From Takakia lepidozioides (Eukaryota > Plantae > Bryophyta), in contig CM060732.1 in the NCBI GenBank assembly GCA_030704615.1, forward strand, positions 3,844,001 through 3,908,000: a stretch of 64,000 nucleotides of DNA, in the 5' to 3' direction. Under the pieces are notes generated by a model. The model had not been told where the DNA came from, ran no database searches, and was given only the letters and a program-made list of their open reading frames with translations. Shown here piece after piece: positions 50,711 through 62,700 of the stretch (position 1 is the first letter of the stretch; each line of letters opens with the position of its first letter). Made by a program: the position numbers and the translations under genes.

Positions 50711-51216
50711 GTCTCAGCCCCTTTGTATTTTATTCACCCAACTCTGTGTGTCAAGCTTTAACCTGTAAGCACTGAATAATCACTCTGGGCTACATTTTTT
50801 GAAACCCCTGTCAAGTGTTTTTTTTTTTTTTGGAATGAACCCATTCAGTTGTCTCTCTTGCTTTAAACAGAGACAAATGGAAGCAAGAAACAAAGTGCGG
50901 CACAACACACTGTTTCTTGCCCCTCTCTTCATCTGGGGGTTGAGAAGTGTGGACCATGCCCTGTTCCTCAAACATCCATCAAGGTGAAATGGCAGCACGG
51001 AACAGTGTGCGCTGCCGCACACTGTTTGTGCCCCTGTACTATGATATGTTTTGATGTAATAGGAAGCCAACTTTATTCTTTTTGAAACTTTGAAGCACAT
51101 TTGAAACTTTGTGAAAACACGGAAAAAGGTATGTGTTCGAAGCTCTGTACAGTGTTCGGCACCGCACATTGTTTTTGGCCTCTCTCTTATGTCAATTTGA
51201 ATGAGCATCCCTGCGG

Positions 51217-54200
51217 GTGAAGATGCAAAGGGTGGAGGATGAGAACCCTTCAGGGCAGGAAAAAGAGATCATTGTTGATGTGGACGATGAGTTCTATGAA
51301 AGCAAAGCCGCGGAGATGCTGGGGGGTCAGAAGGTAAATTCTCAGATTGTGGTGCAAAGTATGCTTGCCCCGGGTGGGAGGTTGAAGATTCCCCTGTGTA
51401 GGTTGGTTTCCATGCCCATTGTTCGTCCACCCCTCATCAAGGACATCCAGAAGCTGGAGGCCAAGTTTGTTCATGGATATTTGGATGGATCCGCAGTCTT
51501 TTACGTTTCTACTAGGGATTCCAGAGGCAAAGAGCTCCTTGTGGATGAGTCAATCGTGGACTCTTGGGGATCCCATTTGGAGATAGGTGAACGAATCCTT
51601 CAAACTTCTTCTCTCCAGGAAACCTTCGACCCAAGCATTCTCAGGGAAGATGTTTCACGTATGGGATGACAACCACCGGTTGCTTGCATGGATGGCTGTC
51701 ATTGGGAGGCTGCACTCACAGGAGGAAGTGTGGCATTACTGTGTTCGAACAATGGTGCTGGATTGTGACGGGAACATGATGGGTCTTCTGACGGCAATGA
51801 ATGATGTGAACAGGTTGGTTTCTCATTCTACATGTTCATGTTGTGGTTCCGTGGTTCTTTGGTTCTAGTCAAGCAAGAGATGACCGCCACAAGAAAAAAT
51901 ATTATGAGTGCTTTTGTGAAGCAGTTGAGAATTGCCGATCCAACCTTCAGACCACAGTTTCTTCCAGAGGTGAAAAACCATTTCAACAAGCCAGGCAAGC
52001 CGGAGATGACCCAGGAGAAGTTGCACAGGTTGTCTACTGCCATTGTGTATTCAAAATAGAAGGTGAAGTGGCTACAGATATGGAACTCCGATCCCACTGT
52101 TAGGGATACCCACATGTTCCCCAGGCCAGAGAAAGAGAAGAAGACCCAGCGTGTCATTCCAGCCAGTGACAATATGATGGACACATGGCTTCACAAGGCC
52201 ACTTACTGGAGCCTGTCCTTTGCTGTGTCACTTTCATTTTGCTTTTCTGTCGTTCTCTTTCCATGTTACATTGGCTGTGATTGTTTTCTGGTTCATTCTT
52301 GCATTCGAATTGTTTTGCAGTTGGAGGAAAGGGCCCAGTCTGTTCTACATAGGCAGCTGGCTGACTATGGCATCACCATGACCGCACCGAAGGTCTCCTT
52401 CCAAGCATACATGCGGAAATGGAGAGCCACAGTGTGGCAATCTTGTTTCTTCAGGGAGTTCAACAAGGAGGGTGGCATCAGTCAAACAAATGAGCTTGAC
52501 CAGCATGAGAAATGAGAGGAAGCCTGGAAATGATGCCTTTACAGGTGCAAAATGGACTATGCATCTTTGTTTTGCAAAGACACACTCTCCTCCATCCAAC
52601 CTATTTTGTGCTGGCTCATATGAGTGTGCGGTGCTGCACACTCATTTGTTCTATCCATGTGTAGTAACACCAACGTGCACACCCTGGGCCCTTCAGGCTA
52701 TTTTGTGCGTGGTTACAGTGTGCGGTGCCGCATACTCTTTTAGGGGGTCTTCGTGATGTGGTAGAAAAGTTAAGAGACAATAGTTGCATTGCATAATGAG
52801 GCTGCCTGCAGGTACATAAAGTATGTTCTCATGGCAGAGAACTGCTTGGACAAACATCCTGATTTTGTGGACCTGTGGCTTGTTCCTGCCGGCAACCAGA
52901 CCATGTTTACTACGGGGATCTTGCAGGATTGGGGCCCAGACCATCTTTTTGCCTGTGGTTGGTATTTGGATTGCCCTGTTTATGAGACCCCAGCGCAGGA
53001 GGTGTCTTTTGAGGAGAGAGAATGAGCGTGTAGCAGCCACCGCCTCAGCTGCCGACCTCGAGATTCATGATAGAAATTTGAGGACACTTGCAGAGAAAGA
53101 GCCTCCCGCTCAGCATACCCCGGGTAAAGGTAGAAAGGCAAAGGGAAAGGATGTTGCTGTTGGTGTGGGGAAGGAAGGGGTAGGGGGAAGGGAGCACAAG
53201 GCAGGTAGGTGGGCAGGGAAGTGTTGCAGAAACTGGCCCTACGACGGATGTCTAGCCGACCAAAGAGACTCCACCGCATGGTAGGGGATCCGGGAGAAAG
53301 AACAAAGGGGTGGTTGATCCTAAGGACCCGTACCATGCAGTGGAGCATCCCACGAGGGTCATTCACCCTATCAGGTTGGAGATGGCCAATGTTGGGTTCC
53401 TTGCCATGATGGAGTCCAAGAAATCTGATTACAAGGGCGATCCATCACCAGTGTGGGAGAGGATTGTGGAGTTCCTCGGCACGGTGCGTGTTGTCTTTTG
53501 CTTCTTGTGTGTTGTGGGCATGGCTCGTTTCAATCCTCTTGAGCATTCCATTGCATGCTTGTTTGCAGGCTAAAATGACCAAATCCTGGGTGAACGGGAA
53601 GGAGAAGCCATATGCAGCCGAACTCATCATCTTGGACATCCCAGATGGGTTGCCAGTCCCGGATGTCCCTCCAGCGGGTGCTTGTCCAGGTTGGAATGCT
53701 TTTGATGAGCGCTACTGGTGGTGGGTTTTCTCCTTTTGCAATTTCTTTCTGTCCGATGCAGGTGTTTTGGTGCTCATCCAGTCCATCGACCTTCGTTGTC
53801 GCCGTGCACTTGCCAACTATTTGAAAGCCTCCGGTATGAGGGTCGTGAAGACATGGAATTGTGTGAACAACATGTACCTGACAAAGGGGGATCGTCCGGG
53901 AGAGATGGTAAATCTGCCTTCTTATTCCTCTTCTTGGTGGTTCTTGGATGGAGTTGCATAAGTCGCTCAAATGAATATGGAGGGGTCTGGTTTTCTCGTT
54001 TCTTAGTTCCTTGTGGATGTCATGTTCGCAGACTCGTCTGTTTGAAGCTGTTTGTCTCATCCGAGTGCATCCACCTACGATTCCAGCCGTCATTAGGGAG
54101 TTTGCCATCACTCATGGGGGCAAGTTCATAGACGAGAGGACAGATCCTCCCACGGATGACATGCACCACAACTACGTGGACAGCAACGTGTGCTTGCGAA

Positions 54201-54543
54201 GGGGGAATGGGGTTCCTTGGAGAGGGGCCAGGGAGAGGAGCCCAGCTTTCATTCAAACGATTGTGGAGTGCTGCACCTACACCGACGCCAGAATTCTGGA
54301 TTTGTCAATGGGCACACGTTCGTCTCTTCATCCTTCACATTTGATCGGGTTTGTTTGAGCTTGCACTTTCAATACTTCCCACCATTCCAAATGAGTCTTC
54401 AATGTCTGTTTCCTTCCTTCTATTCCATTGCAGGTGCTTCATACCACGCTTGCAAGGCCAGTGCGTGACATCTCTTCGGGATTGAAGGGGATGCCAAAAT
54501 TTACAAGAACCTCCTGATGGGTTTGGGTGGACAAACTTCTTAA
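51217..54543 (+). pseudogene. Multi-exon cargo gene: ParB/Srx-like N-terminal domain fused to a beta-class DNA N6-adenine/N4-cytosine methyltransferase-like domain
   Basis: KIPLCRL...VRP...DIQKLEAKF..GY...FHVWDDNHRLLAW (ParB-like DG.HR, 51662-51682); LIILDIPDG (motif IV position, 53635); RSPAFIQTIVECCT..DARILDLSMGT|GASYHACKASA*HLFGIEGD (motifs X, I, II). Order IV before I indicates beta class. Frameshifts and stops present. Confidence 0.72.
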
Positions 54544-55749
54544 GTCCTTCCGAAGCCCCTTCCCGGTGTTATTGATACAGGGAGACGTCCGACAAGGAGC
54601 TGGACTCCGACTTTGCCTGTGAGTAAGTTCAACCTGTGGATGCTTGCATTGTTGTTTCAATACCCAGAATCATTGTTCTTAAGGCAAAGTGCACATGGGA
54701 GACATCCTCTTCGTTAGACTTGTGCATTGCATCATTGTATTCAAAATGGGTTTTTGTCGACTTGTGCAAGAGTCCGTGTGCTTCCACTCACCCTCCAGGG
54801 CTATCACACCTTTTTTGACTTCTTTCAAGTCTTCCTCAGTCTTACATGCTGCCCGTCTGTGCGGAGGCACTCGCAGCAAGCATGTCTGTTCATGGCATTC
54901 GCAGTCCAACCATCGATGGCCATGGTAGAAGACGTGGTGTTGGGGCCGGAATCTTTGTGGATGACATAGCATAGGAGGTCGATTCTGATTTTGATGACTG
55001 TGACACTTGATATCAAGTTTTCTTTTACTTTTATTCGGGGCCAATTTTGAGATGGGATGGTTGTGTGTCCTTGTTGTCCTATTTGCAATGTGTGCGTGGG
55101 ATGCAAATTCCTGGGAACAAACTATTGTTGGAGATGGGGGTTGCATGGACTGCCCGGATTGTTCCTTCAATCTCTTTAGTGTTTTCCGGAGCTCACAGGC
55201 TTGTGTGCATTGCAAAAACAAACAGACGTCTTTGGTTTGGGCAGTGCATTCTCGCATCATTTGCTCGTTGGTCTCCAAACCATTCCTGCCAGAACAATGC
55301 TTGGTAAATCCATCACGTTAAAGTCCACGTGATCAAAGATCATTCAAGCATTCTTCTGGTGAGCATCCATGATGCTCCCGCACATACCATACATGTTCGC
55401 AAGGGTGGTGAGTAAGAAAACATTTTACAGGGATCCGCTTTGGATGATGTGAGTGTGCACCTGCTCACGACGTAGTCACATTCCCATGCAAGGGCTTGGT
55501 ATGTTAATAACGTCTAAATGGATGCAATGGATAGAAAGGATGGATACAATGGATGTAACACATCCAGTCTGCATTCCCTGGAAAGGGCTGATCAACCCGC
55601 GGTAATAGGTGACACCCGCGGTAATAGGCCTTGCATGTTCGCTCCGGCATGCTGACGTGGCGTGAGCCTGTGCTGGGCTCACGGGCTCCTGGGCTCACAG
55701 GCTCACGCCTCCGGGCTCATGCCTCCGGGCTCACGGAATAGCACCCCCC

Positions 55750-56463
55750 GTTGTTTGTGATTGGCGGTACCGCCAATCGTGTTCTTGAGACCATAGAGTC
55801 ATACTGATTTCCTTTCCAGCACTCTGTTTCTTGTTTTCTGCAGCAGGTAGAAGTGATTGTCAGTAACGCCAATCGCTTTCCTTTCAAAACTTAGATTTCA
55901 TGCATTTCAGACCATCTGCATTCCACTCACTTTCTGATACAAAAGAAAGTGAGTGTTGGTGCCGACAATCACTATGATCCAGTATTGATTTGCACAAAAC
56001 CCAACCTTATCAGTTTTTGTAGTGTAGTGTATTGTGATTGTCGTTAACGCCATTCGCTGCTCCTTCAGACCTTCCTATACCTGCACGCGTAGAAAGAGAG
56101 TACCGACCATCACTATTCAGTCATATTCATTTGCTTTGCATTTTTTCTGTTTCAGGTTTTCCAGACTAGGGAAGAGGAATGGCGGTACCGCCAATCACTT
56201 TTCTTGAGACCATACTGTAGCTTCATGTCTAAAAACAGTTGTAATGTACATTCCAAAGAGACAAGACATAGTGATTGTCTATAACGACCATCACCATAGA
56301 GTCATACTGATTTTCTTTCCATCACTTTGTTTCTTGTTTTCTGCAGAAGATAGAAGTGATTGTCAGTAACGCCAATCGCTTTCCTTTCAAAACTTAGATT
56401 TCTTGCATTTCAGACAATCTGCATTCCACTCACTTTCTGATACAAACAAAAGTGAGTGTCGGT
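55750..56463. repeat. Dispersed palindrome array (GATTGGCGGTACCGCCAATC variants) continuing from ~48000; host of the M4 insertion
   Basis: Perfect 20-bp palindrome at ~55759-55778, variants at ~48001, 55854, 55955, 56035, 56179, 56272, 56357. Direct repeat ~55790-55960 / ~56293-56463. Confidence 0.72.
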
Positions 56464-57762
56464 GTGCCTGTGCTGAATTGCATCTGCTACTGTTACCTGT
56501 TTATGGATACTTTTTTATTGTCACTTTGGCAGTATCATATCAAAGTCACTCCAAACTATCTACCATCTACCCATGACCATCTACCCATGCAGGTTTCTTG
56601 TAGCTATCCTTCCACAGGGAATCATCGGTAATCTGGAGCTTGAAATCCGGCTTTCTTGGATGATCTGGACCCACACTCTATCCCTGCTCCTTCAGCTATC
56701 CATGCCTCTGCATAGATCATGCATATATCCTTGCATTGCTGTTAGCAGCTGACAATGACAGCCTACATTTGTTCCAGCAAACACCCAACTCAACTTACCA
56801 CACAAGTTCCTATTCTCAATTGCATCTGTTACTCTCTGTAATCCAACAGGCATTTACCTTTTTGCCTCGGTTGTCCCACCATTGACTGGGGTCAGAAAAG
56901 TATTCATTCCACAGCTTCCCCTCATCTCCGTTAACTGTTTTTCGATACTTTCCTGTTGTCACATTGGCAATATCATGTCAAAGTCACTCCAAACTAGATT
57001 CACTCAACCAGCTAGCAAACTCTCCTTCCCCGTAAGGGTGTGTTTTGGTATCTGAGCGAATAAATATTTTATCTAAGAATATAATTTCAAAAATTCGTTA
57101 TTTAATAATGTGCCACTGTCCCATGTTGGTCAGTAATAATAATTATAATAATTATTTTAGTAATTATAATAACAATAAAGTAAATCTACAACCCCCAACA
57201 GCGACGCGTGTCAATTGACATGAGGAACCACGTGTCAAAATCACGATGCGACACATGCTGACGTCTGATTCCCTCCTCTGCAGTCGGATGGCGTCGCAGT
57301 CTGACACGTGGCGTGTTCTGTAGAGAGCATGTATCTCTATTGCACAGCGGCTGACATGGACCCGTTCAGTCATTCAGTAATGCCAGCGTGTATGACTACC
57401 CCCACAGCTGCTCTGGCGCCACGTGACAGCCAGCCTGGAGAGTCATATCTGCCATGTCACAACTGACTAGGTCTTTACGTCTGCAGAGTCAGGAAGTCGT
57501 AAATGGCTTCCATGACTGCATTTGCAGTCATAACACAGAGACGTAAAAGCCGCAATTTGTTGTAGTTGTCCATCCTGCAAAGTGACAGTGCTGAGGAGTC
57601 TGTGCCGACTTCTGCAGTTGCTTTCTGTAATATTTTGTGTTCGATGCAATGCTGTTTCATTCTGTTTGATGGTGAGCTTCTCTGCTCGAGTAGTCCGTGC
57701 TGACTACCAAATATGTGGTCTGGCATGAGAGTGAGTAGTCTGTGCCGACTACCCAATCAGAG

Positions 57763-59724
57763 CTATGCAATGGCAGTGAGACCGACTTCAGCTTTGCTTC
57801 TGGTAACTATCATTGTACTTACTTCTAGTACAAAACATGGCCTAACCATGTGAGCTGCCACCATTGGGCCTTCATTCACATGCGCTTGCATCTCATTTTG
57901 GTGTCTGATCCAGAATGGACAGGCTACTTTGCGATGTCCTGCCTGGTTACAATAGTAACACAGTTCTTCACCATTGGGTCCTCGCCCTTGGTCTGCTCTG
58001 GGATTATTTCTATAATCCTGATTCCCTGGCTGGTAATTCCCCCTTGGATTACCCTGATAGTTGCCTCTGGGGTTGCCTTGGTAATTCCCTCTTGGATTAC
58101 CTCTCCCTGCCATACCATTGTTATATCCACCAGGCCTACCATAGTGGTCCTGATCATTGTTTCTTCTTGGCTAGGGCTGCACTTGATGCATCCTTACTTG
58201 CCTAGGTTCTCTTGCAACTGTCCTTTTGTTTTAATAACAATTGTCAGTAGAATGGTTATCCATTTTACAGATAGTAGAGTGTTTCTCCTTCATGTGGCAT
58301 TCAGCTGTGGTATGGCCTTCATTCTGACATTTTGCACACCAAACACCCTTTCTTCAATGTGTTGCAGCCTCTGTGGCATACCTTTTCAAGATTTCTTCCA
58401 GCCTTTTCTCATAGTTATCCCTCTTCAACTTCTCCTTCTTCTTACTCTTCCTCTTGAACTCTTGCTCTTCTTCCTCATCTAACTCATCTTCAGAGTCCTC
58501 ATCATCCATTTTCTCTCTCCTAAGCATCCCCAATTGCTCAATTATGCTGGCTGTTTCAAATGCCTCTTCCACTGTATTATGGGGTAGCATATCCACTGTC
58601 TTTTGTAATTCAGGTCTTAATCCACTCACAAACCAGGTCTTCTGTAACTCTGGTGCTGGTACAGCAGCCAGCTTTTTCATCATTAACTCCATCTTTTCCA
58701 TGTACTCTTCAACAGTTTCATGCTTCTTTTGCCTTAACTGTTGCAAACTCCCATACACTTCATCCTCAGTTTTGCTTGTCCAGAACCTATTTCGGAATGT
58801 TGTACTAAGGCCATTCCATGTTAGGAAATGATTGTTAGGAAACCTTGCATACCATTCACTTGCTTTCTTGATAAGTGAACAGGAAACAGTCTCATCTTGG
58901 CATCATCGCCATTCTCATTGTTCACAATACACATGTGCTCAAATTGGCTGATGTGTACATCAGGATCCCCTTTTCTTGCATATATTGGAAAATGTGGTTT
59001 TGCCCGTGTTGGAGGTACCGCCATCTGTGGCCCTACACTCTGCCCACTGGCAGGTGCTGGTCCTTGAGGACCTACTGTTGTAGTGGCGGAACTCCCACCA
59101 AGTGTTGGCCCCTGAACACTCCCTGCTACTGGCCATTCTATACTTACAATATTCCCAGCTCCAGTTGCACTACTTCCCACACTCCCTGTCCCCCCAGAGC
59201 CAGATCCAAGCTGCCCGCCTGATCCCCCTGAGCCGACACCTTTGTTGGCCTGTGATTCAAGTGTTCCACTTGATCCAGGTCCAACAGGTAATTGGGATGT
59301 CCTGGTTGTAGTATCAACCTCAACTGTTGGATCTACTTCTTCATATTCTTCATCTTCCAAATTCTTCTCTTTGTTTCCATCTTCCAAGTTCCTCTCTTGG
59401 ATTTCCTCTTCCTCACTCATATAACTCAACTAAAGTGGTGTTGGAGAGTCTGAACTCTCCGTTGGCTCTGCCACATCCTCCTCTCCTTCTTTGTCTTGTG
59501 CTTTAGAAACTGGAGTTCCTGCTTTTGGTGTTCCATGCCAACTCTGATCATAGATTTCTGTCAAATCTTTAATCCAGGGATGTACCTTAGATCTCTCCCC
59601 TCGTGGCTGATCTTCTTCCTGCACCAAATCCCTTAATCTTTCTTGTAAAGAATAAGAAGGAGTGGCATCCAACTCTGGTTCCTCCGGTATGGGTGATCTA
59701 CTCTCTGGTCTTCATGGTCTGAGA
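57763..59724 (-). pseudogene. gag: Ty3/Gypsy-type gag (retrotransposon gag domain, two CCHC knuckles, RGNYQGNP repeats), cut by a MULE terminus
   Basis: GDPDVHISQFE, MRLFP, LQQLRQKKHETVEEY, WFVSGLRPELQ, CYYCNQAGHRKVACP. Confidence 0.85.
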
Positions 59725-62700
59725 GGGGATTGAAAATGCATGAGCGGTGAGCGGTGAGCATGAGCGGAGTATTCCAAACCTTGCCCGAACCTACATCGAA
59801 CCAGAATTATAGAACCGAAAATGCAGGTCCCGACATCCCCGCGCATCGACTTCCCCATATATAACAGGGACAATTTGGGATTTTGTAAAAGCGCACAGAA
59901 ATTGGGGTTTCAACGCCTATAGCCGTGCCCCAAGTTTCGCCGTTATAGTCGGCACCGACTACAACACAGCAAGCCAATGTGGGGTAAAACGCCCCGTGCG
60001 AAGCTTGCGGGTGTTGTAATCGCCAACGACTACAGAAAGCATACGAAATTAGGAGGGTAATCGTCGTCGAATTAATTCAAATACAATGTGGCAAATAAAA
60101 CTTGGTTACGGTTATAGACAGCGCCGAGTAGGTGACACGAGTTGGGTGAACGAATTGAAGAAGCATATGAGGAACGTAGATGAACGAAGGTATTGCGTTG
60201 CAGGCTCAAAGTATAGTCGGTGCCGACTTCATGCACTTAAGTTAAATGAGGCAACTGAGTGGAGTATCTGTTTAAAAGTCCATACGGCGCATTGCCTACC
60301 CATGGCTCTTGGTTTTGGAGGAGATCAGAAAGCACTCAAAGAATGAGTTTGGGTTGCCTTGGCCATTGCACCATGAGTCAAGATCATGGAAGCTGTTGAA
60401 GCATCGTAGAAGAGAAATTGTAATCCGCAATATTGAAATCCGGGCACATCATTGGATGATACCAAACAGTTTAAGTGGCATAGAAAAGCCTAGTGTCTAC
60501 TCAGTGATAATTGGGGCCTCATTAAGTACTAGATGTGATGACACCATGGTCGGCCATGATAAACAGTCCTCACTATGGTAACCAAGGACAAAGGTCGTGA
60601 ACTAACATTGCCTTCACCTCATTTATGGAGAGATTAGGGTGGTTGATGTCCTTCGAGTCTTCCCGCATTTTCAATCGGCGCAACAAAATATAGTATATGT
60701 GCTTGCAATGGGTGTATGCGGATTTAGCCCTCTTCATTTTTCCAAAGTCAGGGCGGGTGTACTCCGGACTTCTAGAGATGCACACATTGTAGAACTCCCC
60801 TGCTTTGGCCGATCCCGGTGTGCAGAGTGTGTACACACGACCAATTCCAGGGCGGGGAACATCTTTGAACGATTGTACAATTGCCTTCAAAGATTGTCCG
60901 AGCTCCATCTTTTTACGGGCTTGTGCACTCAATGGCTTTCGTCGATATATTTTACCCCATCTCTTGGTTGCATATGTGTCCGGATCCAGGTGATTGGTAT
61001 CCTCCGCAACAGTGTCCCCCTCTCCCTCGGCAGCGCTCTTATTGTATGTACGAACAAGTTGAAATCCAGCCACGGTTAAGGCGTCAACCTCCTCCTGATT
61101 TAAATTTGTCCCAACCATCACAGGCCAAACGTCGGGAACATCTGGTCTATCGAGCACACATCGCCCTGCTTCACCACCGACGCAGTACACGATATCAGTT
61201 GGGCAGTGCCACATTTCCATCATCCAAAGCCGGAGGATGGTGTCGACCCACATATCTTGGAGCAGGAACACCCAAACTGTGGAGTGGCCGGATTTCTTCT
61301 TTGCATGCCTTTGCACTGTCAGACCGTACTGCCCAACACTTTACTCTTGAAGTGTCGGACGTCCGGGCGATGTGCCAACATGTTGTGGACACGGCGGTCT
61401 CTAAAACCGGCTTTCTATTCTGTAGTGGAAGGTCATCCTCCAACGTCTCTAGAGACATCTGAACAGTAGTTGTGGGCACTCTTAGTCCTCCGGCACCTTC
61501 ACGGCGCCTGGGTGTGGTGCGGAGGTTCATGTCAGGCCTCCATGAATGAAGGTGTGTCTCGTCTTCTAAGTTGCCCAAAATAATCTTCCGCTTTGTTGTC
61601 CGAGTGAGAAGGTCGCCCTTGAGCCCAGGATTTCTACCATGGAGAGGAGTTCCCTCCACAAAACTTCTTACCGCCTCTGCCATCTTCAGAGGATCAGAAG
61701 ACCGCGCTACCGCCCAATGTAATAATTGTTGGCGGTCGGGACCAGAACCCTTTGCACCACCCTTTAGATAAATATGGAAGGCCAATGATTGCAAAATAGC
61801 CCTTGTCATGTCGTCTTTGTTGGCTATGTACAGGTCCACTTTTAAGACACCACTCCCGGCCTGCCAGCTCGCATGCACGGACTCAGACATGTTGACATTT
61901 GGCATTGCTGCGTCCTCTTCCAAATCCAATCCCTGCAGGTAAAATCTCCATCATGAGAGCTACATTTGCGTGGACAACGAAAAAGGCAAGGTCTTAAGGT
62001 GAGGTTTATCGAAACAATATCGAGCCTGAAGTTATCGGCACCGAATATAGCCATCGAATGCTTCATGACACATAACCCAATCTTAAAGTCGGTGCAGACT
62101 ATAATGTACCCACAATAGTGCCATGTCTTACGCTATAGTCGGTGCTGACTATAGAGAGAATGTTCTACTGAAGTGAGCTGCACAGATGGGACACTATGTT
62201 ATAGTCGGTGCAGACTATAATCCACAATAGTGGCATTCCAACCGAGGCCGGCGTTTGGAGGAATAATTTGCTACATGTTTTGTTATAGTCAGTGCAGACT
62301 ATAAGTTGTGGACATAAGTGCTCTACGTTACGGTATCTTCGGTGCAAACTGTACAAGTTCTGCTGCAGTGAACCTCATGTGATCAAAGAAAATGTGTTAA
62401 CATTAAGGATCAATGTTAAAATCTAATGTCATAGTGGGTGTAGACTATAAGGTAAAACAGTGCCATTGCAACGCTATAGTCGGTGCAGACTACAGTGGAA
62501 TAAGGTCTCCTCACATGTGTTGTGCTTTATGTCACCGAAGCGACTATGAAAGCAAGGTTTCGCTCATATGAGCAGATCTACATCCGCTCACGGATTCTTT
62601 TTGAAGTAGAATAAACAAAGTTCTCAATGGAACCGTAATAGTCGGTACAAACTATGACAGTTTCACTTTTGCTCACGTGAGCATAACCCGAAAAAACTGG

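Larger units (their letters stand above)
48086..55749. mobile_element. MULE copy M4 (subfamily 2), both ends present with TSD; transposase remnant (minus) and ParB-methyltransferase gene (plus) arranged divergently
   Basis: GTTGTTTGT(G) directly repeated at 48077-48085/6 and 55750-55758/9. Ends GCAGCGTAGCTACGGCGTGAGCCC and (rc) GGGGGGTGCTATTCCGTGAGCCC. The empty site matches the related repeat at ~56150-56200. Confidence 0.85.

Noticed and set aside
57033-57480. TAA + GGGTGTGTTTTGG resembling a PIF/Harbinger (Tourist) end, with ACGTG-rich motifs downstream
   Set aside because: No matching second TIR or TSD found.
57763-59724. gag as the missing 5' half of G1, separated by a 45-kb nest
   Set aside because: Same strand and plausible, but no protease or RT start follows it and no matching TSD for the 12073 insertion was found.
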